From Gemmata obscuriglobus (GTDB lineage Bacteria > Planctomycetota > Planctomycetia > Gemmatales > Gemmataceae): DNA of 32,000 bases. The stretch's first letter is position 1. The number at the start of each line of letters is the position of its first letter. A program made the translations under genes and the position numbers. Positions 15,771 to 25,600 of this stretch are shown here, in pieces. Where the stretch lies: assembly GCF_008065095.1 (NCBI RefSeq), contig NZ_CP042911.1, positions 6,360,001-6,392,000 of the forward strand, given 5' to 3'. The notes beneath the pieces are model-generated. The model saw only the letters and a list, made by a program, of their open reading frames with translations. It made no database searches and was not told the origin of the DNA.

Positions 15771-17970
15771 TCACGGGAACGGTGTTCGTCCCACCTCGGC
15801 GAGCCGCCGGCACGCGGCCCGGGCCTCCTGGCCGAGGAGCGTGTCGGCCGGCGCTTCGGCGAGCTCTCGCAAGAGCGTGAGGGCGGCCGGGGTGCCCATC
15901 AGCTCCAACACCTCGACGCCCCGAACGGCCCCCAGGTTGTGCGCCGAGCGCGGCCCCAGCTCCCGGAGCAGGTCCGTCAACCGGGTCGCCGCTTCCGCCG
16001 GAGGGGCGGCCCGCAGCGCCGCACGCAGCGACGGCTCGATCGCCGCGCCCTGGTGGGCCAGGGTCCGTGTGGCGGCTTCCCGGACCGCGAACCGCTCGTC
16101 CCCCAGTTCCGCGATCCAGCGTTTGATCTGCTCGGGCGGCGGTGGTGGGGCCGTGAGGCGCTCTTTGAGCAGCGGAACGGCGACCACCGGGTCGTTGGCC
16201 AGCGCCCGGACCGCCCCGTAGGCGGCGGGACCGTCCCGGCCGGTCAGAGCGTCCCAATACGCCCCGGGCGTGGCGTCCGGCGGCGCCCGGTCAGGCCGTA
16301 CGTCCCAAACGAGGGCCGTGGCGTCGGCACCCCCGGACGCCATCCGCTGGCCGTCCGGGGAGAACGCGAGCACCAGCACCGGCCCCCGGCGCGGTGGAAC
16401 CGCTCCAGTCCGCTCTGCGCCTCCCACACCCGCACCACGCCGTCAGCCCCGCCGGTGGCCACGGCCCGTCCGTCGCCCGAGAACTCCACCGCGCAGGCGG
16501 GGTTGGTCGGCAGCGACGCCTCCCACACCCGCTCCCCGGTCGCCACGCTCCACACCCTGACCGACCCGGTGTCGTTCCCGGGGCTGAAGACGGGAGAGCC
16601 GATCGCCAGCCGCGTTCCGCCCGGAGAAAGTGCCAGCGGGGCGACCGGTGCGTGGCGCCCGGCATCGACCGTCCAACGGCCGCGCCGCGTCCCCGTTCGT
16701 GTGTCCCAGACGGAAACGGTCGTACTCTCGGCACCGGGCTCCCAGCACGCCATCGACCCGCCGTCGGGCGAGAAGACGAGCTGCGTGACCGGTCCGATTT
16801 TGATCGTCGCAACCGTGCTCCCGGACGTCCGGTCCACCACAACGACGCCGCCCGCCCGGTTCGTCGCGAGCAGGCGGCCGTCCCGCGACAGGGCCGGGCT
16901 CGGCAAAAGGCCGGTGCTGCCGCCGACGCCCGTTCCGGCCACCACGGTTTCGACCGCCGGCGCCTGTTCTCCCGGCCTCCACGAGAAGCAGAGCCCGGTG
17001 ATCGCGAACTCGCGTGCGAGGCGGGCACGCGCCCCCGCCGCCACGATTTCCCCCTTCGCGGCAACCGCAATCGGCGCGGACATCCCGACGACGCCTTGGC
17101 CTTCCCGGCTCGTTTGGAACTCGCCCCGGTGCCGGCCGGTTCGGGCGTCGTACAACTGGGTCACGAACAGGAACTCGCCGGCCGACGCGGTCAGCCCGAG
17201 GGTCTGCGCATCCGGGGCGAACGCGACCGAGGCCACGTACCCGGGCGGCGCCCCGGTGGGGCCGATCGCCCGGCCCGTGCGCAGGTCCCACACGCCGATC
17301 GTCGTGGGCGTGGCCGACGCGATCCGGCGCCCGTCGGCCGACACCCGGCAGGCGTCGAAGATGAGGTTCAGCGTCATGTCGGGGGCCTCGACCGTCGGCC
17401 GGGCCGCCGTGCCCGTCGCCGGGTCCCAGAACCGGACCCGGCGGTCGCCGGCCTCGATCAGCACGCCCCCGTCCGCCTCGAACGCGACGAACGGGTTGTT
17501 GCTGGCGGCGTCCGTGAGCACGCGCGGCCGGCCGGTGGCGAGGCCCCAGAGGCGGATGGTCCGATCCCGCCCGGCGGTGACGACGGTCCGGTCGTCGGCC
17601 GAGAACGCGAAGCTGGTCACCCAAGCGGCCCTGTCGCGGCCGCAGGAGAAGACGCGCCGCTTCTCCGCCGCGGCCACGTCCCACACGCACACTTCGCTCG
17701 TGCGGGCGCGGTCCCACGAGGCGAGACTCCGGCCGTCGTGCGAGTAGATCAGCTTGTGCCCGCGCCCGTCGAGCGTGCCGGTCGTTTCTCCGGTGGCCGC
17801 CGCGAGCAGGTGAATGGCGTGCTCGTCGTCCCCGCCGCACGCCACGGTCCGCCCGTCCGGGGCGAACGCCAGCGACCGGTAGGCGATCCCCCTCGGCTTT
17901 TGCTTCCACCGGAGTTGTGGGCCGTCCGGCCCGATCTCCCAGGCCCACAGCTCGAACATCCCGCCGGCCG
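15771..17970 (-). pseudogene. WD40/beta-propeller repeat protein with a helical C-terminal tail domain, frameshifted and 5'-truncated at an IS boundary
   Basis: The ORF contains many ..AFSPDG..LA.....V.VWD.. repeats. The frame changes at the C5 run near 16380-16392: ..VRVWEAQSGLERFHRAG continues as GPVLVLAFSPDGQRMASGGADATALVWDV.. in track ORF 15771-16427. The tail reads ..LGDERFAVREAATRTLAHQGAAIEPSLRAAL.. The upstream end of the ORF runs into the ISAs1 terminus at 17971. Confidence 0.8.
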
Positions 17971-17985
17971 CACGGCCAGCGCGTA

Positions 17986-18742
17986 TTAATTGCCTTGTAA
18001 AGTAAGGACTTCGTTGAGGAACGATGTATCCATGAGGCACCGGATCATCTTTCCCCGGATGCTATCCTTCTCGGGGTGGCGCTTCAGCAGCGTGATGGCG
18101 AACCGCCGGACCCAACTTAAGTTGTTGGCCAGGACCCGCTGCCGAGTGCGGGTCCGGTCCTCGCCGAACGTGACGTCCAACACCCAGTGCATGGACTCGA
18201 TGCCCCAGTGCCCGCGCACCACCTCACCGAACCGCTTGCCGCTGAGGAACCGGCTCAGCATGTAGTACCGGACCTCGTCACTCTGGGTTCCGTCGGCGTG
18301 TGTGGTGATTCGTACCGCCGTGCCGATCGCTTTAATCCACGGCCACTCGCCTTTGGCCGCGAAGCCCGGGGGCACTTGGGCCACCCAGTGGAACCGCTCG
18401 TCCCGGCGCCCGTGCCCGTGGGTATCGGTCTGATAGTTCCGGTGCCGCCGCGCCTGGAGTTCGCCCTCCAGATGCTTCTCGACGACCGATGCGATTGCGG
18501 CGGCCAGCTTGGGCTGGTTATCCTTGACCGCGATGACGAAATCCCCGCCCCCGGCCACGATGTCCCGGGCAATGTCCTTCTGGCACCCCATCGCGTCGAT
18601 CGTCACCACGGCCTTCTTCCGCTCCAACTGCCCGAGCAGCACGGGAATGGCGGTGATCTCGTTGGACTTGTCCTCGGTCGCCACTTGGCCCAACGCGACC
18701 CCGTGCTCCGTGGCCCACGCTCTCGCGATGTGGAGCGGGCCG
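17986..18742 (-). pseudogene. Outer ISAs1-family transposase, C-terminal part
   Basis: The product reads ..HIARAWATEHGVALGQVATEDKSNEITAIPVLL..TIDAMGCQKDIA..VKDNQP..DEVRYYMLS...HWGIESMHWVLDVTFGED.. It parallels the inner transposase at roughly 45% identity by eye. The stop TAA is at 17986-17988. Confidence 0.8.
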
Positions 18743-20050
18743 CAGGGCAAACGCACTCAATCCCCTAGGAATCGCTGGATTCTAGCTAATTTTGAGGCGT
18801 GTGATCGAGCGGCCATCGCTCGCCTCCTGCGCATGTGCGGCCCCGCCTCCATATGATTCTGGCGCGCCCTCACCGCCTCGGAGTCTGCCGATGAGTGCCG
18901 CCCCCGGCCCACGCCCGTTAATCGAGTACCTGTCCCAGATCCCGGATCCGCGGGTCGAGTTGAAGTGCTTCCACGACTTGATTGATGTACTCATGATCGT
19001 GACCTGTGGGACGATCGTCGGGGCCGATGACTTCGTGTCGATCGCCGAGTTCGCGCGGGCCAAGGAGTCCTGGTTCCGGGACCGGCTGGGGCTGACGCTG
19101 CGCAACGGGATTCCGTCCCACGACACCCTCAACCGGGTGTTCGCGCTGGTCCGCCCGGAGGCGTTCGGGCGGTGCTTCCGGGCGTGGGTCGCGGACGCCG
19201 CCGAGGGCCTCCGGGTGCCCCACATCCCGATCGACGGGAAGACCATGCGGGGGTCCAAGCGGGTCACCGGCACGGGGGCTCGCAAGGCCACACACATCGT
19301 CAGCGCATGGGCTCAGCAGTTGGGCCTCACGTTGGCCCAGGTGAAGACCGACGAGAAGTCCAACGAGATCACCGCGATCCCGGAACTGCTGGAGCGGCTG
19401 GACCTCGCGGGGGCCCTGGTGAGCATCGACGCGATGGGCACCCAGAAGGACATCGCCCAGCAGATCGTGGCCGCCAAGGGGGACTACCTGCTGGCGGTCA
19501 AGGACAACCAGCCGCGGCTGCTCGAGGACATCCAGCGGTTGGCCGAGGGGGCCCTAGAGGCGAGCTACGCGGGCCGCTCGACCGACCTCAACGAAGGAAC
19601 GGGCCACGGGCGCGAGGAGATGCGGTTCTGCTTCGTGATCGACGACCTGGAGTCGATCCGGGACCGGAATGTGTGGCCCCGGTTGCGGTCCGTCGTGGTG
19701 CTCGTCAGCAGCCGCACGGTCGCCGGTAGGACGAGCGACGAGGTGCGGTATTACATCAGCTCGCGGAAGGCATCGGCCAAGCGGTTCCAAACGTGGATCC
19801 GGGCTCATTGGTGCATCGAGAATTCATGCCATTGGGTGCTGGATGTCGCGTTCCGAGAAGACGACCACCGACTCCGTGAAGGGCACGGCCCGCAGAATAT
19901 GGCCCTCGTGCGCAAGATCGCCTTGGCGATGTTGAAGAAGGCAAACGCCAAATGTGGGATCAAGAACCGGCGACTCAAGGCCGGATGGGATAATACCTAC
20001 CTCGAACAGGTACTACTGAAAAATCCCGAGGATTGAGTGCGTTTGCCCTG
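18743..20050 (+). mobile_element. Inner ISAs1-family insertion sequence (1308 bp) with perfect 21-bp terminal inverted repeats and a 10-bp target duplication
   Basis: CAGGGCAAACGCACTCAATCC lies at 18743-18763 and its exact reverse complement at 20030-20050. It is flanked by GAGCGGGCCG at 18733-18742 and 20051-20060. Confidence 0.9.
18891..20036 (+). CDS. ISAs1-family transposase (H-repeat-associated type), intact
   Basis: ATG at 18891. The N-terminal domain reads ..IPDPRVELKCFHDLIDVLMIVTCGTIVGADDFVSIAEFA..GIPSHDTLNRVF. The DDE region reads IDGKT.RGS...DEKSNEITAIPELL..IDAMGTQKDIA..VKDNQP...HWCIENSCHWVLDVAFRED. The stop lies inside the right IR. Confidence 0.9.
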   Translation: MSAAPGPRPLIEYLSQIPDPRVELKCFHDLIDVLMIVTCGTIVGADDFVSIAEFARAKESWFRDRLGLTLRNGIPSHDTLNRVFALVRPEAFGRCFRAWVADAAEGLRVPHIPIDGKTMRGSKRVTGTGARKATHIVSAWAQQLGLTLAQVKTDEKSNEITAIPELLERLDLAGALVSIDAMGTQKDIAQQIVAAKGDYLLAVKDNQPRLLEDIQRLAEGALEASYAGRSTDLNEGTGHGREEMRFCFVIDDLESIRDRNVWPRLRSVVVLVSSRTVAGRTSDEVRYYISSRKASAKRFQTWIRAHWCIENSCHWVLDVAFREDDHRLREGHGPQNMALVRKIALAMLKKANAKCGIKNRRLKAGWDNTYLEQVLLKNPED

Positions 20051-20452
20051 GAGCGGGCCGAGCCCCTGGGCCGCGTCGTGGCACCAGCGGAGCGTCTTGC
20101 CATCGATGGCCACCAACCGGTTCGGGCCACCGCCCTCGGTCACCAGGGCCGCCCCGATCCACTCCTGGAAGCACTTCTAGAACGCGTCCGGTTGGAGGGC
20201 CATGAGCCAGTTGCGGATGCAGTCCCGGGACGGGAGCCCGTTGGGCAGTTCCAGGAACCCCTGGAGCCACTCGGCCCGGACCATGGCCCACCGGCGGATC
20301 GCGGTCGGGCCGTCGCACCCGCACACCACCCCGCACACCGCAATCACCACGATGTCCACAAACCGGTGCTTGCGGTTCCGCGTATACCGGGGATCGGTCA
20401 TGCACCCGAAGTACGACCCGATCGATTCTACCGCGACGTGCTTGGCGGCCAT
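20051..20452 (-). pseudogene. Outer ISAs1-family transposase, N-terminal part, with an in-frame TAG
   Basis: ATG at 20452. The product reads ..MTDPRYTRNRKHRFVDIVVIAVCGVVCGCDGPTAI..NGLPSRDCIRNWLMALQPDAF. TAG follows at 20177-20179. The same frame then continues KCFQEWIGAAL...LVAIDGKTLRW..GLGPL up to the inner-IS junction. Confidence 0.8.
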
Positions 20453-20647
20453 GTGTCACCGGGCATTGGGTAGTCCAGCACCGCCCGATGTACGCTCCGG
20501 GAGCATGGCGAGAACTGCAGCCGAAGGTGTAGAACGGTGACCCGTGATGCGCAAGTTCCCGCAGCTTCCCCAGCTATGCCCGTTGGCCGTGCGCCGAGCA
20601 CCCAAACCCTATCGTGAATGAGGCCTATTTATTGATAGGCAGTCGCA

Positions 20648-22555
20648 TCACCTGTGAACGGTTACACCGGCTGGATTCGACCCGACATCATGAACGACGG
20701 GGGTCGGAGTGAGCACCACGATCGTCTGCGTTCGCGAGCCGCTCCGAGCCCCTCCCCCCGCCGCCGGCTCGGCAACAGGAACGGCGACCACGGCCGTGTG
20801 CCCGGCGGGAACCGCCACATTGGCCCGCACCTCTTGTACGCACACCGTCGCCGGCATGAGCGTGGTGACGGGGAAGGTGGTTCCGGGAACGAACGCGGTC
20901 ATCACCGTACCTGGTATGACCTTCCCGTTCTGCACTTCCGTGGTCAGTTTCACGGTTTGGCCATCGGATGCGAGGCACGGGGTGACACGAAGTGCAGTGC
21001 CGGCAAATTTAGACTCGACCTTCCCGCCCGCGAGCGCTACCGGGTAGTTTTGCCCGATCTGAACGTACCCGGTCTGATTGTCGGCGACCTGAACCAGCGG
21101 CCGGGACAACACTTCGCACTCGCCCTTTTCTTTCGCGGCCCGCAGGAAGTCGTTCAGCCTCTCGGCTTCGCGCGGGGTGAGCACGCACCCCGACGTGCCG
21201 CGTTCTGTCGTCAAACCGCACTTGGCCAGGAACCCGTCCGGCACGTCCACGATCATCGCTTGCACGACCGTATGCGGCAGCGGCTTATCCAGTTCGGCGA
21301 TCAGTTTGCCGACCTGCTCGACGGTGTCTTTGTCCCCGCTTACCAGGAGGCTGTTCGAAACCGGTTCAGCGACCAGCTTGGCCCCAGCCCGCTGGAACCG
21401 CGCACCGAGCACCAGCGCCGCATCGGCGGCAGCGACGCTCCTCAACTTGTGAACGCTGTTCTTCAGCGGCGTGCCCGGCGCGGTGAGGCGCTTCTGGAAC
21501 GCGTCGATGTCGCACAACGTGCGAACGGTCGCGAGCGCGAGGACTTCGAGTTCCGGTCCCGGCTTGTCCTTCCCGCGCCCCTCGGCCGCCTGCTTCCACG
21601 ATCCGATCACAAGCGTCCCGCCCTTAGGAACGACGGCGGACCGCTCAACGCTCTCTTTGCGAACGTCCGGCGCCTGGACGAACTGCGTGAACGGTACCGG
21701 CTTACCCTGTGCCCCGCCCTCGAACACCGGGGTGATTTGCGTCGTTACCGGAATCAGTTCAACACTTCCGACGAGTCGCGTGCGTGACACACCCGCTTCG
21801 ACGTGAACGTAGTTGCGGTCGGCCGACAAAACGCCTTTCACCGTGACGGATTCGCCAAGGTGTACGGCCGTCTGCCGGGGCACCAAGACGGACGCCCCAT
21901 TCACCTTCGTGACATCCAGGCCGGTCACGAACGTCTGCGTGTTGCCGCACTTCGAGGTGGCCGTTTCGCTGGCCGCAGCTGTGATTCGCGGGAACGGGGT
22001 CACACTGGCGTCGCGGTCGGCCTGACTGGCGTCGAGCACCGCCTGGAGTTGCGCGTCGGTAAGGGCGGTGTCGCGCGCGGCTTTCACCCCGGCCCGCTCA
22101 AACACGTTTGCCGGCGCGCGGACCAACCGGACTTCGTACACCAGGGTCATGGCACTAATCCGCCGCAGGGCCTCGAGCAGGTCGCCCACCTCCGTGATCA
22201 CGTCCGCGGTGTTCGTCACGACCAGCGCGGCGCCGACATCGAAGTATTCGACCTTTCCCGTGCCACCGGCGCCGGCCCACGAGTACGGTCGGACCATGTC
22301 CGTCACCAGCTTCACAAGCTTTTGCGCGTTTGACCGGTGTGCGACAGCGGCCTTCTCGCCCTCAGGCGACAGGGACGGCCCGACCAGTTCCGCAACGGTA
22401 AAAACCTTCGTAACTTGTGGCTTGACAGCAACCGCGGCCGGCGTTGCAGGGACCGTAACCGGTGCCGGGGGCGGCACCAGCGGACGAAGGTCTTCCGCCA
22501 GCACGGGCAACGCGAATAGAACGGCGATCGTTGCAATCAGTGTCCGAAACCGCAT
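20648..22555 (-). CDS. Secretin-family outer-membrane protein with two consecutive secretin-like modules
   Basis: ATG at 22555 follows GGAGG. The signal peptide reads MRFRTLIATIAVLFALPVLAED. Module 1 (about 21596-22411) has the planctomycete N-domain (..VRPYSWAGAGGTGKVEYF..ALVVTNTADV..) followed by a secretin-like core. Module 2 (about 20705-21460) has a Secretin_N-like part (..LVAEPVSNSLLVSGDKDTVEQVGKLIAELDKP) followed by a secretin core (EVLSRPLVQVADNQTGYVQIGQ..GTALRVTP...). Confidence 0.8.
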   Translation of the reverse strand: MRFRTLIATIAVLFALPVLAEDLRPLVPPPAPVTVPATPAAVAVKPQVTKVFTVAELVGPSLSPEGEKAAVAHRSNAQKLVKLVTDMVRPYSWAGAGGTGKVEYFDVGAALVVTNTADVITEVGDLLEALRRISAMTLVYEVRLVRAPANVFERAGVKAARDTALTDAQLQAVLDASQADRDASVTPFPRITAAASETATSKCGNTQTFVTGLDVTKVNGASVLVPRQTAVHLGESVTVKGVLSADRNYVHVEAGVSRTRLVGSVELIPVTTQITPVFEGGAQGKPVPFTQFVQAPDVRKESVERSAVVPKGGTLVIGSWKQAAEGRGKDKPGPELEVLALATVRTLCDIDAFQKRLTAPGTPLKNSVHKLRSVAAADAALVLGARFQRAGAKLVAEPVSNSLLVSGDKDTVEQVGKLIAELDKPLPHTVVQAMIVDVPDGFLAKCGLTTERGTSGCVLTPREAERLNDFLRAAKEKGECEVLSRPLVQVADNQTGYVQIGQNYPVALAGGKVESKFAGTALRVTPCLASDGQTVKLTTEVQNGKVIPGTVMTAFVPGTTFPVTTLMPATVCVQEVRANVAVPAGHTAVVAVPVAEPAAGGGARSGSRTQTIVVLTPTPVVHDVGSNPAGVTVHR

Positions 22556-22626
22556 GCCAACCTCCGGGGGTGCAGGAACCGCCCGGAGCAGATAGCACAC
22601 CGCGTTAAAGCGACAAGGCGAACTTT

Positions 22627-25600
22627 CTACGGCTTCTTGCCGAACGGGAACGGGAACCCGCCCCCCTTCGGGGACGGCACGGCCGCGCCGGGGAACAGTT
22701 TCTTGATCTCGTTCTCGATCAGATCTTTGCCGGCGTCCTTCGCGCCCTCACGGGCGAGCGCGGCGATCGCCGCGTTCAGCGCCTTCGGGTCCAGTTCGGG
22801 TTTGGTCAAAGTGCCCTTCAGCGGCACCTTCAGCACCTTCCCGGCGATCGCCTTTTGCAGCACCGGGTTGTTTTTCAACAGCACGAACTCCTTGGGCATC
22901 GGCACATCGACGACGAGATCGAGCGACTGGTCGAACCCGACGGACCCGCTGGTGTGGAACGTGGTGCCCGAGATCCGCATCGTGAAGTTCTGGTGGTGGA
23001 CCCGCCCGTTGGCGACCTGCACCGTCACGGCGGTCTCGTTGGCGAGGGTCATCGCGGTGTCCTTCGCGCCGAGCAGGTTCGCTACCTGGGCCGCAACCGG
23101 TGTGAGCCCCACGGTAGCCCGGTGGATCAGCAGCACCCCTTTCGCGGCCGTCTGATTCGGGTCGGCGAGCGAAACGAGGTTGTCCTCGATTGCCGCCGAG
23201 AACTCCCCATCCGCCTGCACCGCCCCGGAGAACGCCGGCAGCGCGAACCTCAGCGCCCCGCCCTGCCCCAGCGAGCCCGTCGTGATCTTCGCTCGGTCGA
23301 CGACCGCGCCTTTCGTAAACGTGACCGTGCCGGGCGTGGTTCCGAGGTAGATCGTCGGCTCGAGGGACGCTTTACCGCCCGCAAGGGTGGTGTGAATGCG
23401 TTCGATCTTCACCACGCCGCTGGTCATCTTCGCGTCAACTTCCACCGTACCGACATCGAACCCGAGCGCGTTGAGCGTGTGCCACCCGGCCGAACCCTGG
23501 CCGGACAGCCCCGCGAGCGCCCCCGGAACAGAGGCCTTTGGGGCCGGGCCGCCTTTCGGTGCGGGGCGGCCTTTCGGCGCTGGGGGCGTGGCGGCCGCCG
23601 CGCCGGGCGGTTCGAGTTGGCCCGACAGCGCGAACCCGCGCGAGCCGGTGCCGGTCGCGGTAAAGGTGTCGCCGACGAACTTGCGCACCAGCGGGTTCAA
23701 CTTGTCCCAATCGTACCGCAGGGTGCCGGTCAGTTTCACCTCACCGGTAGTGGTAACCTTGGCCAACGTCCCATTCGTGCTAAGTATGAAACCCGGGCGT
23801 TCGGCCTTCGCCACGGCAAGCACGAGCGTCTCCGTGCCGTTGTCGTACTTGCCCTCGGCCTCGAGTTGGAGCGTCGGCTCTTGCCAGACGAGCTGGTTCT
23901 TCGGGCCGTACCCGAAGCCCGTTACCCCGAGAGAGCCGCCGAACTCCGTGACGTTCCCCGCCGTGCGGAACTTGAGCGGCCCGGTGCCGGTGCCGTGGAG
24001 CGCCTCCGGCCCGTTCGGATCGGTGTACAGCTTCACCGTGCGCCCGAGCCGGTTCAGGTTAACGGTGCTCTGTCCGTTCCCGCTGATGACCGGATCGCCT
24101 GTCGTCGGTAACTCAAAGGCGAGCGTGCCCTTGGTGACCTGGAGCGTATCCGATGTGACCGACACGTTCGAAATGGTCGCGACGCGGTCGGCGCGGGTGA
24201 ACACCAGATCTCCAACCGCACTCATACGCGGCTCGTCGAGCGCAATCCATCGCTCCAGTTTCGGGTTGGTGAGGGTGACCTGGAGCCGGTCCATTGTCAC
24301 ACGATCAGCCGAAAAACGGGCCTTACCCTGCGCATCGACGGTTCCAGTGAACTCAAACACCGGCATACCGACCAACACGTCGACGCGATCCTTCCAGCTC
24401 GCCACCTGCCCCTGAAGACGCACACCCGCGCTCCCGCTCGACAGCTTGGCGAGATCCGCGACCGGTTCGGTGAGATCGACCTCGAGTCGGTCACCGCCGG
24501 CGGTGAGTTTCACCGACGCGCCGGCGAGCGCGACCGGACCGGCGGCGAGCCGAGTACCCTTGGCGTTCAACTGCGCCTTCAGCGCCGGCTCGCGCCACCC
24601 CTTTCGGTTCTGATCGACGACCGCGAGGTCGGTGAGTTCAACGATCACCTCCGCGCTGAACGCATCCCCGTCGCTCCGGCGCACCGCGAGCGACGCGAAC
24701 GCCCGCCCGTCGATCGTCCAGCCGTCGAGGTCCATGAAATCCTTGAGCCGGGTGCCGAGCCGGCCGAGCAACACGTTGGCGGACAGCAAGAGCTTTTCGG
24801 AGTCGCTGGCCGCGTTAACGGACATGAACTCCGAGAAGCACACGAACTTCTCGAACGTCGGGAACCGCCCGCTCGCGTACCGCCCGACGAACTCGACCTT
24901 CAGCGGCTCGTCCCACACCACCGGCCGCGCCTTTCCGTCCGGCCCCGGCGCCGCGGCTTTCAGCGCCGACGTACTCACCTTTCCGTCCCAAACGGTGCCG
25001 CCGTCCGCCGGATCAGTCTTGCTCGCGATTTTGACGCCGAGGCGCCCCTCGTGCAATTCAATGCCGCCTTTGAGCTTGAACAGCTTCGGCAGCTTCGCGA
25101 GAAGTTGGGCGGCGTTCACGTCCGCCTCGATCGACACGCCGGGCTGGTTAAAAAGGTTCTCCGCTGCCTGCTCGGGATCGAACGCACCTTTCACGGAAAC
25201 CGTGCCGGTGTCGCATTTCAGGTCGAGCGACCGCACCTGTAAATTGCGCCCGACGAGTTCCACGTCGAGCGGCAGTTCGACCGAATCGAAGCGAAGCTCA
25301 TCTCCCTTGAGCCACGGCGCGGAGAGCGAGAGCTGCTTCCCGTTCGCAGTGCCGGCGACAGCCAGGGCGAGGCGCCCCCGAGCGTCCGTCTTCCACGAGA
25401 GCTTCAGGTCCGTTCCCAGCGTGCCGGAAAGCTTCAGCGCCGGGTCGGCGCGCTTCAGCAGCGGGGCGAACGTATCCAGTTTGAGGTCTTTACTCACCAC
25501 CTTCGCGGTGCCGGTTTCGCCGATCGTGGCGTCAACGTTTAGCCCACCGGTCGCGGCGGTGAATCGCACCGCGATCGGTTCGGCGGCCGTCACGGGCACG

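Larger units (their letters stand above)
17971..20591 (-). mobile_element. Outer ISAs1-family element, interrupted by a second ISAs1-family element (ends tentative)
   Basis: The two transposase halves at 17986-18742 and 20051-20452 join in frame once the inner element and one duplicated copy are removed. The proposed termini are CACGGCCAGCGCGTAT.. at 17971 and, at the other end, CACGGCCAACGGGCAT.. (reverse complement, ending at 20591). About 12 of 16 positions match. No flanking duplication was found. Confidence 0.55.

Noticed and set aside
20177-20179. TAG recoding or reassignment as an explanation for the in-frame amber codons.
   Set aside because: TAG terminates apparently intact genes in this same window (12814-12816 and 22627-22629). 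Both affected genes are mobile-element genes with additional damage or interruption.
20592-20647. A small AT-containing hairpin, GCCTAT-caataa-ATAGGC (minus strand), after the secretin stop, as a terminator.
   Set aside because: The stem is only 6 bp and the hairpin sits immediately next to the uncertain IS terminus. This is too weak to annotate as a feature.
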